Below are positions 1 to 8,745 of a stretch of DNA of 64,000 bases, piece after piece. Each line of letters starts with the position of its first letter. Position 1 is the first letter of the stretch. The position numbers and the translations under genes are program-made. Under the pieces are notes generated by a model that searched no databases, was not told where the DNA came from, and worked only from the letters and a program-made list of their open reading frames with translations. This DNA is from an uncultured Eubacteriales bacterium (GTDB taxonomy: Bacteria > Bacillota > Clostridia > Oscillospirales > CAG-272): contig URHI01000002.1 in the NCBI GenBank assembly GCA_900547565.1, forward strand, positions 793 to 64,792, written 5' to 3'.

Positions 1-93
1 GTAAGTCTGATACGGCTTTGCAGCACTTACGGGGAGCGAGAACAGCATGACGATCACGAATACGAGACATATAATAGATGTAACCTTTTTCAT
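1..93 (-). CDS. First 31 codons of a secreted protein; the gene runs off the left edge
   Basis: ATG at 93..91 with a GGAGGA SD (rev-comp of 101..106). It reads MKKVTSIICLVFVIVMLFSLPVSAAKPYQTY, a typical signal peptide. It lies directly downstream of the two permease genes. Confidence 0.5.
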   Translation of the reverse strand, partial: MKKVTSIICLVFVIVMLFSLPVSAAKPYQTY

Positions 94-111
94 TTGTTTC
101 TCCTCCTCTCT

Positions 112-984
112 TTAGTCTTTCATACCGCTGGAGCCGTAGGTTTCGATGATGTTGGACTGGTTGATAACGAACACCGTGATAGGAACCAGCATCATTATAA
201 CCGTTGCAGCTGCGCTGGCACCGGCACGCTTGATACCACCTGCGGTGATCTGGGAAATTGCGTAGTTGAAGGATTTCAACTGCTCGGAATGAATGTATAT
301 GGAAGCGCCTGCGTTCCACAGATCCTGGAAGCTGTAAATGATCAGCGTCAGCCATGCCGGTTTGACCATAGGCATTGCGATCGTCCAGAATGTGCGGAAC
401 TCGCCTGCGCCGTCAATACGTGCACTCTCAAGCACGGAATCCGACACGTTGGTATCCATAAAGTTTTTCATCAGGTAAAGCCCCAGCGTTGTGCAGAACG
501 CGGGAATGATGATCGCCCAGTAGGTATCTATCCAGTGGAAGACACTCATAATAATGAAACGGGTAACAGCGGTAACGGTGGCGTGGAACATCAGCGAGGT
601 ACGCACCAGCTTGAACATCCACTTGTGACCGGGGAATTTGATCTTCGCCATGGCGTATGCGCACATGGAGGCGCAGAACAGATGTCCCACAGTACCGGAT
701 ACTGATGTAAACACTGTGTTGAATATGTACCGTGTGAAGGGCACCCAGGAAGTGTTCATAAGGTTGAACAGATCCTTGAAATTCTTGAACGTCGGGCTTG
801 TAACAAAGAAACGGGGCGGGAATCTCCACAGCTCGTCAAGCGGCTTGAGCGACTGCATGACAACATACAGCATGGGGAGAAACATGAACGCGCCGAGTAT
901 GGCAAGAATAATGGTAATACCGGTATCGCCGCCCACTGAACGGGCAAGTACGACTTTATGCTTTCTTGTTCTCAGTTTTGCCAT
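112..984 (-). CDS. Carbohydrate ABC transporter permease (CUT1, LplC/AraQ-like)
   Basis: 290 aa, multi-TM, with a binding-protein-dependent transport inner-membrane signature (…FRTFWTIAMPMVKPAWLTLIIYSFQDLWN…). Abuts the upstream permease gene. Confidence 0.9.
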   Translation of the reverse strand: MAKLRTRKHKVVLARSVGGDTGITIILAILGAFMFLPMLYVVMQSLKPLDELWRFPPRFFVTSPTFKNFKDLFNLMNTSWVPFTRYIFNTVFTSVSGTVGHLFCASMCAYAMAKIKFPGHKWMFKLVRTSLMFHATVTAVTRFIIMSVFHWIDTYWAIIIPAFCTTLGLYLMKNFMDTNVSDSVLESARIDGAGEFRTFWTIAMPMVKPAWLTLIIYSFQDLWNAGASIYIHSEQLKSFNYAISQITAGGIKRAGASAAATVIMMLVPITVFVINQSNIIETYGSSGMKD

Positions 985-985
985 C

Positions 986-1933
986 TTACTGCCCTACCTT
1001 CGAAAGAACTTTACGCACTATGCCGTTGGCTCCTATCATTATTACAAATAGTATAACAGCGATAGTGGATGAGTAACCGTATTCAAGTCGTTGACTTCCG
1101 TAGTCCTCGAGATGGTGCATTATTGTGTGCGCGCAATAGTCGACGGACGGGAATCCGCACAGCGCGGTAACAATTCCGCCAAAGCCGAACGACTGTGTAA
1201 TGGACATGACCGCACCGAACATAAGGTGCTGCTGCATCTGAGGAAGCGTTATGTACCACAGCTCCTGCCAACGGTTTTTGACGCCGTCCACCGCACCGGC
1301 CTCGTAAAGCTCCTGACGGACGCCCTGCAAGCCGGCGATGAATGATAGGAACGAGGTACCCAGCGAGGTCCACAGTGCAACGACTATACACAGCGGCATT
1401 ACGTATTTTTTATCCTCAAAAAACTGGATTTCCTTATCGATAAGCCCCAGCTGGAGCAGCCATGCGTTGACCCAGCCGTAGGAGTCACCCGAGAACAGCG
1501 TACCCCAGATAAGGTACACCTGACCCGAAATGGAAGGTGCGTAGAATATCAGGGTAACGATAGCTCTGATTTTTGGGGACAGCTCATTGATAAACCAAGC
1601 GACCAAAAATGACATAAGGTAGGACGCCGGGCCGACTATAACCGCGAACACGAACGTGTTCTTGCAGCAAAGCAGGAATATGTCGTCGTCAAGGAACAGC
1701 CGTATGTAGTTGTCAACGCCGACAAAGTTGGGTATCTGCATCATATTGAAGTCGGTGAAGCTGATTACCACCGACAGCAGAACCGGCGTGACTGTGAATA
1801 TAGTGAACAGTATCATGTAAGGCGCGATAAGCAGATAAGCTACCTTATTGCGCTTCATTTCCTTCCATATCCACTCACGGCGAGTCATATCCTTGCGGGA
1901 AACCGCTTTCTTTTCTGCCGTTTTCTGTGACAT
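986..1933 (-). CDS. Carbohydrate ABC transporter permease (CUT1, LplB/MalF-like)
   Basis: 315 aa. The N-terminus …KRNKVAYLLIAPYMILFTIFTVTPVLLSVVISFTDF… is typical of LplB-type permeases. SD aaggag upstream. Confidence 0.9.
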   Translation of the reverse strand: MSQKTAEKKAVSRKDMTRREWIWKEMKRNKVAYLLIAPYMILFTIFTVTPVLLSVVISFTDFNMMQIPNFVGVDNYIRLFLDDDIFLLCCKNTFVFAVIVGPASYLMSFLVAWFINELSPKIRAIVTLIFYAPSISGQVYLIWGTLFSGDSYGWVNAWLLQLGLIDKEIQFFEDKKYVMPLCIVVALWTSLGTSFLSFIAGLQGVRQELYEAGAVDGVKNRWQELWYITLPQMQQHLMFGAVMSITQSFGFGGIVTALCGFPSVDYCAHTIMHHLEDYGSQRLEYGYSSTIAVILFVIMIGANGIVRKVLSKVGQ

Positions 1934-1976
1934 GTGCTCTTTCTCCTTATATAGATTTCTTCATTAATATTATATA

Positions 1977-4900
1977 TCAGTCCACATACGAGTTAAGGGC
2001 GTCAGCGGCGTCTGTCAGGTACTGACGAATGTAGTACAACGCCGTAGCGGTTTCCTTGACATATTCATATGCTTCGTAGGATGCACAGCCTCTTGAGCTT
2101 CTTACCGAAGCAATTTCCTCGGAGGCAATGGTCCCGCTCGGATCAACGCTTGCAATAAGGGCGGCATACTTTTCTGCCAGAACCAGCATAGCAGCGGCTT
2201 CCTTGTTTTTCAGAACCGATCTTGTATCCTTGACGATCTCGTCATAGCTTGCATTGTAGCCAGATGACTTTTCAAGCGTTTCAAGCAGAGTGGTTATCTG
2301 ATCCATACGCTTGCCGGCCTTGGTCTGACCCGTTTCAAGGGTTTCAAGCTTGAATTCCTGACGCTTTTTGGTTATTTCCTTATTGATAGTAGGAATGTAG
2401 CTGAGCAGCTCGGTAACGGGGTTGGCCTTGTCGTTGTATGCGGACAGGAAGGCGAAACGTGTGTAACGCCCGATAATGTAGGAGCCGGGATAGTTGGGAA
2501 TGGAAGCAAGATTGCTGAACTGAAGGGCCACATTCCTGTACTCCTCAGTTGTCCAGGGCAGACTGGAAAGAGCGTTGAGGTTTGCGGTGGAGTGCTTTGC
2601 GGAGTCACCCAGAATGGCAACCATTTCATTTGCATAATCGCTCTGGCACTTGGCACCGACATGCCATGTCATAAACGACCATGCGTTTTCGACATTACTG
2701 CATCCGCTTATCATAACGATAGCGGAAACGGTGGAAACGGACACATTATTTATATTACCGTCAGCATCCTCAATACCGGGCAGCGGAACGAACTGCCACA
2801 TACCGCGTATTTCGGTTGCATAAACGACCAGCTTATTGTAGGTAGCGATGTAGGAGGCGATACCTATGGGCATTTCACCGGTACGGAAACGGTTCTCAAA
2901 GTCGTACTTGTAGGGGAAGGAATACATGGTAAACATGTTACACATGGTCTGGAAGGAGTTAAGCGCGGTGTTGGAATCGAGGTTGATTCTCATACCGTCG
3001 TCGGCAAACAGCGTTCCGCCCATCTGATACAGGAATATCTTGTAGTCAGTTGAAAGACCTATCTGCATGTTCTGCGACTGTAGCACAGGAACAGCCTCCA
3101 GTATATCGTCCCATGTCTTGGGTATCTCGAGGTTAAGATCAGCCAGAATATCGGTACGGATGAACATCATGGGGAATGACTGATTCTCGGGCAGGCCGTA
3201 GTAATGGTAGTCCCCCTCGGCGTCCTCAATACCAAGCACCAGCATTGCCGCCTCGTTGAACTGACGCGTCTCCTCGTTGATCGCCAGGTCATAGAAGCCT
3301 TCGCAATTCTCGATTTCCATCAGCGCACCGCGGATAGCGTAGTTGATAACGTTATCCTCACCGAGTCCGATATAGACATCAGGACCGGCACCGGACAGTA
3401 TGGAGGGCAGCAACGTCGAGCCGGCAACCAGCTTGAGGTTTACGGGGACGTTGTACACTGGCGTGAAGTCATTATTAATAAGGTTGCGAACCACCTGAGC
3501 CTGGTCACGACCGGTAGCCAGCCAGACCTCGACGGTATCTTCTGTATCGACATCCTCGCTTGTAGCGCCCATACGGTTGTAGTTACGCACAAAGCTCATG
3601 AAGAAGCTGGACATCTCGTGCACAAAGGACTGGAAGAAGTTGGGCTTTGCCTTGGGAATAGCCTCATCAGAGGACTGGATCACGATATAGTCAAACTGAA
3701 CCGGCTGCGTCTTGACATCGCTGAGCAGTGTACCGAGCGTACCGAGGTAGCTCTTGAGCTGGTCAAGGTTGCGGGCAATCTCGTCCTCATCGCCGTGCAT
3801 ACGGCGGAGCAGGACCACGATCTTGTTCAGCGTAGCCGAGTTCGTACTCTTAACGCCGGCAGTCGCCGCCATGTCGTTGGCGATTCCCTCAAGTATGTCA
3901 GCCTGACGCTTGAGATCGATAATAGTATCGGGCATTATACGGTAGAAACCGTAGTCGCGGTACTTATCGGGATTTGCACCGGTCAGCTGAAGAATATCAA
4001 GGTAATCGCTGTTGATAGCCTCAAGTGACTCGTTTATCTGACGCACGACATCGCCCATGGAACCGAGCGTTACCTCAAACTTGATGTTGTATGTCACACC
4101 GGCTTCAAAGTAAAGCTCAATGTCATGATAATCGGTCGACAGCTTGCCGTTCTCGTCATATTGCTTGGTTATGTACTGGACCGCTCCGCTCTGCCAATCG
4201 GTAGAGTAGTTGAACACCAGCTCGGTCGCCTCCGTGAAGGGTATGCCGTTGTAATATCCTTTAGCTCCGGGCTCAAGGCCTTCACTGTAGATATACAGTG
4301 CGCGGGAAGTGTAAACACCGTCAAGCAGGTTCTGGCGGAAACGGGTCACGATGTTGTACATACCCGACGAATTCACCCTGAAGGTGTATTCAAGCGCCTG
4401 CCCCGAAGTCTGCCACTTGTCTCCGCCGATGGTGTTAAGCACGGTATGAGCTGTGCTGCTCGGGGAGTTGATAGCGCAGGTCCTGTCCTCGACGGGGTAT
4501 ACAGTCTGTGTGGTGGAAGCACTCGGGAACTCAGCCTCGAGCTTGACGCGGTCGGTACCCTTGGACTCACCGGCATACTTTGCGCTGTAATCGGCGTAAG
4601 AGGTAAGATCGGTGTGCGGGACGAGGCGTATGGACTTTATGGAAGCCGGCTCGTTGGTGGATTCAAACGAGACCGAATGCTCACCCTTTGTGAACACAAA
4701 TTCAAAGCTCTCGGCATAGTATCCGTCGACATCCTTCATCTCAAAGGTGCACCATTTGGGCGCCTGCTTCATGGAATTGCGGATCTCGTTGTCATCAACG
4801 TCGATCTTGAAAAAGCGTATGACGTTTTCCTCAACCAGCTGCGCGTTGTCTGACGTCCAGACCTCGGGGATGGTGTAAATTATGTACGTACCGTCCTCGC

Positions 4901-5480
4901 GGGTCTCTGATCTGGCTTCAATACCGGCAGCCGCGGCGTTTTTCAGCAGCTCGTCGGCGCTCTGCTTTTTGCCGACTTTAAGCTCGCCCTCCGTGTAAAC
5001 GCTCTTCCAGACCTTGGGCATGGTGATATACCGTGCCTCCGAGAAAGGAATCGAGTTGTCAATCCGGAAGATACGCTGCACAGAGGAGGACTTGCCCTCA
5101 TTGGGGTAATACTCCACAATTATGCTGTATTTCGCGGTTTCGGGGATAGTGACATTCCATGTCACGATACCGTCGCCGGGTGTATAAAGGGCTTCAACAC
5201 CATCGTAGGTTCCTACGCTGACCTCGGCAGTGGTGTTGTCCTTATCATAGTCGATGCCTTTAATGGTAATTTCATCTGTGGCACGCTTGACATCGGAATA
5301 CTTCTGACGGTATTCCTCATACGAAATTGCGTTAAGCTGCTCTTTTACATCTGCAATAGTCTTGTCCGTGACGGACTGTGACGCAGTATCCTCAGCCGAG
5401 GCGACTACCATGCCGCCGGGGATAAGGAACAGTACTGCAAGGAAAAGAGCACATAACCTTTGAAATTTCGTTCTTTCCAT
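1977..5480 (-). CDS. Giant extracellular solute-binding protein: signal peptide, two CBM-like beta-sandwich modules, then a family-1 SBP domain
   Basis: 1167 aa. Signal peptide MERTKFQRLCALFLAVLFLIPGGMVVASA. The C-terminal ~500 aa are SBP_bac_1-like (VEVWLATGRDQAQVVRNLINNDF…GAGPDVYIGLGEDNV). The N-terminal half has CBM6/35-like signatures (VTWNVTIPETAKYSIIVEYY; LEYTFRVNSSGMYNIVTRF). SD GGAGGA. Confidence 0.8.
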   Translation of the reverse strand: MERTKFQRLCALFLAVLFLIPGGMVVASAEDTASQSVTDKTIADVKEQLNAISYEEYRQKYSDVKRATDEITIKGIDYDKDNTTAEVSVGTYDGVEALYTPGDGIVTWNVTIPETAKYSIIVEYYPNEGKSSSVQRIFRIDNSIPFSEARYITMPKVWKSVYTEGELKVGKKQSADELLKNAAAAGIEARSETREDGTYIIYTIPEVWTSDNAQLVEENVIRFFKIDVDDNEIRNSMKQAPKWCTFEMKDVDGYYAESFEFVFTKGEHSVSFESTNEPASIKSIRLVPHTDLTSYADYSAKYAGESKGTDRVKLEAEFPSASTTQTVYPVEDRTCAINSPSSTAHTVLNTIGGDKWQTSGQALEYTFRVNSSGMYNIVTRFRQNLLDGVYTSRALYIYSEGLEPGAKGYYNGIPFTEATELVFNYSTDWQSGAVQYITKQYDENGKLSTDYHDIELYFEAGVTYNIKFEVTLGSMGDVVRQINESLEAINSDYLDILQLTGANPDKYRDYGFYRIMPDTIIDLKRQADILEGIANDMAATAGVKSTNSATLNKIVVLLRRMHGDEDEIARNLDQLKSYLGTLGTLLSDVKTQPVQFDYIVIQSSDEAIPKAKPNFFQSFVHEMSSFFMSFVRNYNRMGATSEDVDTEDTVEVWLATGRDQAQVVRNLINNDFTPVYNVPVNLKLVAGSTLLPSILSGAGPDVYIGLGEDNVINYAIRGALMEIENCEGFYDLAINEETRQFNEAAMLVLGIEDAEGDYHYYGLPENQSFPMMFIRTDILADLNLEIPKTWDDILEAVPVLQSQNMQIGLSTDYKIFLYQMGGTLFADDGMRINLDSNTALNSFQTMCNMFTMYSFPYKYDFENRFRTGEMPIGIASYIATYNKLVVYATEIRGMWQFVPLPGIEDADGNINNVSVSTVSAIVMISGCSNVENAWSFMTWHVGAKCQSDYANEMVAILGDSAKHSTANLNALSSLPWTTEEYRNVALQFSNLASIPNYPGSYIIGRYTRFAFLSAYNDKANPVTELLSYIPTINKEITKKRQEFKLETLETGQTKAGKRMDQITTLLETLEKSSGYNASYDEIVKDTRSVLKNKEAAAMLVLAEKYAALIASVDPSGTIASEEIASVRSSRGCASYEAYEYVKETATALYYIRQYLTDAADALNSYVD

Positions 5481-5727
5481 TGGGTTGTTCCTCCTGCAAT
5501 TTTTAGGCCGTGTCCGGAAAGTGACTCGGCCGTTTGGGCTTTATGCCGGGGATTGCTCCCCGTCGGGGTTCGCCGTGCTGACCACGGTCGGCTGCCGCCG
5601 AGAGTGACTTGAAATTTCTTTGTGTAAAATGCCCTATCGGCAAACTGCCGCGGACGCCTCACACCGGCAACAAGCCATTTCGGTTCGCACAGCGAGGGGA
5701 CCGAACGCATTTTTGCCCTGAAGTGAT
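5481..5727 (-). promoter_or_regulatory. ~245-nt GC-rich, hairpin-dense 5' leader of the binding-protein operon (function unknown)
   Basis: Lies between the predicted promoter (5734..5762) and ATG 5480. Several short GC stems are readable by eye (ccgtg-gtcag-cacgg; ggccg…cggcc; gttcg…cgaac). It is much more GC-rich than the AT-rich spacer 5770..6200. Confidence 0.3.
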
Positions 5728-5733
5728 AGAGTA

Positions 5734-5762
5734 ATAATACCATATCGGCGGTGCGTTGTCAA
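5734..5762 (-). promoter_or_regulatory. Sigma-A type promoter for the SBP/permease operon
   Basis: Reverse strand: TTGACA (5762..5757), 17-nt spacer, TATTAT (5739..5734). Confidence 0.5.
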
Positions 5763-6331
5763 GCATAGTTTTTCTTTAATATTATTATATAAATACTTGA
5801 AAAAACATAACTTTTCCATTGGTTTTCCCTGTGTCTTCCATGGAAAACTTTGAGATTAGTGCAAAATTACTTTCAGGCAGGCAGTTGACGTCAAAAAGGT
5901 AATTTTAATTTACTCATTTTCCGCATAATTGCGTCGTATCAGCCCCGTATATGCTCAAATTTCTGCGTGTTTTTGGTATATTTTTTTCACATTTTGCGTG
6001 TGGTAATTTTTATTTACCTGACCGTTTTCGATTAATTGCAGGCGCAACCAATTGCCCGTCATTTCAGTTTGTGAAATCTGCACAATTTTCGGGCTGAAAT
6101 TTCTACACCTTCATTCACATAAAATTTTCCGGGAATTTTGTTGGAATTTCCTTATTATCACCTAAAATATCTATTATTATCCAATTGTTCGCACAGTCTT
6201 CACACAGAATACAAATAATCCGGGCATGTTCCCCGTCCCGTTCGGAACAGGTGGACATGTCCGGACATTTCACAGGCAAAGCCTCATGCCCCGGCAACTT
6301 GACGCTGTGGCGGGGCCTTGCGTGCATACGT

Positions 6332-6766
6332 TCAGTGCTTATGGTCACATTCACAGCCGCAGCAGTGCGGCTCGGCTTCGGGAACCTGCTTGTCAATTCC
6401 CTGCTTTTTGTAATAGTCGGCAATAGCGGCCTTGATAGCCTCCTCGGCCAGCACCGAACAGTGAATTTTTACGGGAGGCAGTCCCTCCAGCGCCTCGACG
6501 ACCGCGGCGTTGGTCAGCTTGAGCGCATCATCAATGCTTTTGCCCTTGATAAGCTCGGTCGCCATGGACGAGGTGGCAATTGCGGCGCCGCAGCCGAATG
6601 TCTTGAACTTGACGTCGGTAATAATTCCGTCGTCAACCTTGATGAACATCTGCATTATATCTCCGCATTTTGCATTGCCGACCGTGCCTATGCCATCGGC
6701 GTTCTCTATCTCGCCCACGTTGCGGGGGTGAGTAAAATGATCCATTACTTTTTCACTGTAAAGCAT
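6332..6766 (-). CDS. nifU: Fe-S cluster assembly scaffold NifU/IscU with a Cys/His-rich C-terminal tail
   Basis: 144 aa. MLYSEKVMDHFTHPRNVGEI…GNAKCGDIM…FKTFGCGAAIATSS…KIHCSVLAEEA gives the three scaffold cysteines. Tail: PHCCGCECDHKH. Confidence 0.93.
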   Translation of the reverse strand: MLYSEKVMDHFTHPRNVGEIENADGIGTVGNAKCGDIMQMFIKVDDGIITDVKFKTFGCGAAIATSSMATELIKGKSIDDALKLTNAAVVEALEGLPPVKIHCSVLAEEAIKAAIADYYKKQGIDKQVPEAEPHCCGCECDHKH

Positions 6767-6787
6767 ATTTATAACTCCTTTCTTATA

Positions 6788-7969
6788 TTAGCATTCAGCA
6801 TTTCCGGGGTAGATCGGACTCATAGCGCGAAGCTGTGTCACAACCTCCCGGACAGTTTCGATTATTCTGTCGACCTCCGCCTCGGTATTGGCGTGCGACA
6901 GCGAAAAGCGCAGCGAGCCGTGTGCCATTTCGACCGGCAATCCGGTTGCCAGCAGCACATGAGACGCCTCAAGCGACTTGGACGAGCAGGCCGAGCCTGT
7001 CGACGCCGCGATTCCCTTTATATCAAGCCACAGAAGCAGACTCTCGCCCTCAACATATTCAAAAGACACATTGACATTGCCGGGCAGACGCTGTGTAGGG
7101 TGTCCGTTAAGATGTGAGTGAGGAATTTCGCACAGACCGGCAATCAGTCTGTCGCGCATTGCGCGCACACGGTCCATATCGGCCAGCCTTTTGTGTGCGA
7201 CGGTCGCCGCCTCGGCCAATCCGACAATGTAAGGAAGGTTTTCGGTTCCTCCGCGCTTGCCTCGCTCCTGGCCTCCGCCGTCGATAAGATTGGCAATACG
7301 CACGCCACGGCGTATATACAGCGCACCTATGCCTTTCGGAGCGCCCAGCTTGTGCCCCGAAAGTGACAGCATATCCACGCCCAGCTCGTCCACCGTGAAC
7401 GGCAGAGCACCGTATGCCTGAACGGCATCGGTAAAGCACAGCGCGCCTGCATTATGCGCAATTTCCGCTATCTGCTTAACCGGCTCGATAGTGCCGATCT
7501 CGTTGTTGGCAAACATAACGGCCACCAACGCCGTGGTATCGTCAGCCTCGCGCCGGAGCTGGTCGAGATCGACAAGTCCGGTGCTGTCTACATCGAGGTA
7601 AACAATGCTGAACCCCTCACGTTCGAGGGATTCGCAGGTGTGCAGTACAGCATGGTGCTCAATTTTGCTGGTAATGATTTTTTTTCGACCGGGCTTTGCC
7701 AGGTGAGCCGCGCCCTTGATAGCCCAGTTGTCCGACTCAGAGCCGCAGGAGGTGAAATAAATCTCCCGTGCGGTGCAGCCGAGCGTTGCGGCAATACGGT
7801 CGCGAGCCGTGTCAAGCAGCTCCTTGGCAAGCTGTCCCTCGTGGTGCAGGCTTGACGGATTTCCCCAATAGGTGTTGAACACGGGCAGCATTGCGTCCAC
7901 GACCTCGGGCAGAACGGGGGTCGTCGCCGCATTGTCGGCATATATTCTGTTTTGATTTTGTTCGTTCAT
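6788..7969 (-). CDS. nifS: Cysteine desulfurase NifS/IscS (PLP-dependent, class V aminotransferase fold)
   Basis: Start moved to ATG 7969 (MNEQNQNRIYADNAATTP…), which has the aaagagg SD. The tracked ORF start at 8080 has none. PLP-Lys motif SLSGHKLGAPKG and active-site loop STGSACSS. Confidence 0.93.
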   Translation of the reverse strand: MNEQNQNRIYADNAATTPVLPEVVDAMLPVFNTYWGNPSSLHHEGQLAKELLDTARDRIAATLGCTAREIYFTSCGSESDNWAIKGAAHLAKPGRKKIITSKIEHHAVLHTCESLEREGFSIVYLDVDSTGLVDLDQLRREADDTTALVAVMFANNEIGTIEPVKQIAEIAHNAGALCFTDAVQAYGALPFTVDELGVDMLSLSGHKLGAPKGIGALYIRRGVRIANLIDGGGQERGKRGGTENLPYIVGLAEAATVAHKRLADMDRVRAMRDRLIAGLCEIPHSHLNGHPTQRLPGNVNVSFEYVEGESLLLWLDIKGIAASTGSACSSKSLEASHVLLATGLPVEMAHGSLRFSLSHANTEAEVDRIIETVREVVTQLRAMSPIYPGNAEC

Positions 7970-8005
7970 ATGAATTGCCTCTTTTTCGGTCATTTTATCG
8001 CTAAT

Positions 8006-8034
8006 ATTGTATACCAAATTCGTGTATTTTTCAA
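8006..8034 (-). promoter_or_regulatory. Sigma-A type promoter for nifS-nifU
   Basis: Reverse strand: TTGAAA (8034..8029), 17 nt, TACAAT (8011..8006), about 35 nt upstream of the nifS ATG. Confidence 0.45.
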
Positions 8035-8178
8035 TAGCAGTTTTCAATTTTTCGCAAAACCGTGATTTGCGACGCAACATGTACTGTCTTGTTATATTTT
8101 TATGTGATTTTTATACAAAAGCCGGCGTAGCTGTTATACACGAATGAATATGTCTATATGCAAAATTTCCTGTTTTTC

Positions 8179-8207
8179 TTGACAAAGCACCGGCATTGGT
8201 TTAAAAT
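8179..8207 (+). promoter_or_regulatory. Sigma-A type promoter for the C_GCAxxG_C_C / MBL-1 pair
   Basis: TTGACA 8179..8184, 17-nt spacer, TAAAAT 8202..8207. Confidence 0.45.
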
Positions 8208-8238
8208 AAATTATCTTAAATAATATAACGAGGACGTA

Positions 8239-8745
8239 ATGGAGTACACAAAGAGAATGACCGCTGCCAGAGATAATTTCCTGGCCGGCTACAATTGCGC
8301 TCAGTCGGTACTGCTGGCTTTCGGAGATGTCACGGGCCTTGATGACGACACCGCGGCTCGGCTTGCATCCTCTTTCGGCGGAGGAATGGCACGTATGCGG
8401 GAGGTCTGCGGGGCAGTAAGCGGAATGTTCATGGCCGCAGGACTGATTTTCGGCTACGGAACTCCCGAGGTGGGCGACATAAAAGCAAGACACTATGCCT
8501 TTATCCGTTCGCTTGCGGACGAATTCAAGGCTATGTACGGCAGTATAATATGCCGAGAGCTGTTGGCAGGAATTGAAACCACACCGGGTGGAAACCCCGA
8601 AGCCCGCACGTCTGCATATTACAAAAAGCGCCCGTGCGCACAGTATATTGCCGCCTGCGCAGGCATACTCGAACGGCATCTGGACGAACATACCGGGCAG
8701 AGCCAACAAATTTTATATAAAACCGAGGTGAACAATAATGCTTAA
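8239..8745 (+). CDS. C_GCAxxG_C_C family (putative redox-active) protein
   Basis: 168 aa with the family cysteine pattern: GYNCAQSVLLAF…, EVCGAVSG, IICRELL, RPCAQYIAACAG. Confidence 0.85.
   Translation: MEYTKRMTAARDNFLAGYNCAQSVLLAFGDVTGLDDDTAARLASSFGGGMARMREVCGAVSGMFMAAGLIFGYGTPEVGDIKARHYAFIRSLADEFKAMYGSIICRELLAGIETTPGGNPEARTSAYYKKRPCAQYIAACAGILERHLDEHTGQSQQILYKTEVNNNA

Noticed and set aside
5481-5727. Possible c-di-GMP-I (GEMM-I) riboswitch in the transporter leader.
   Set aside because: Only short stretches (CAGGGCAAA, GCCGATAGG) resemble the consensus as I remember it. I could not trace the two-hairpin GNRA/receptor architecture by eye. It is kept only as 'structured leader' and needs an Infernal scan.
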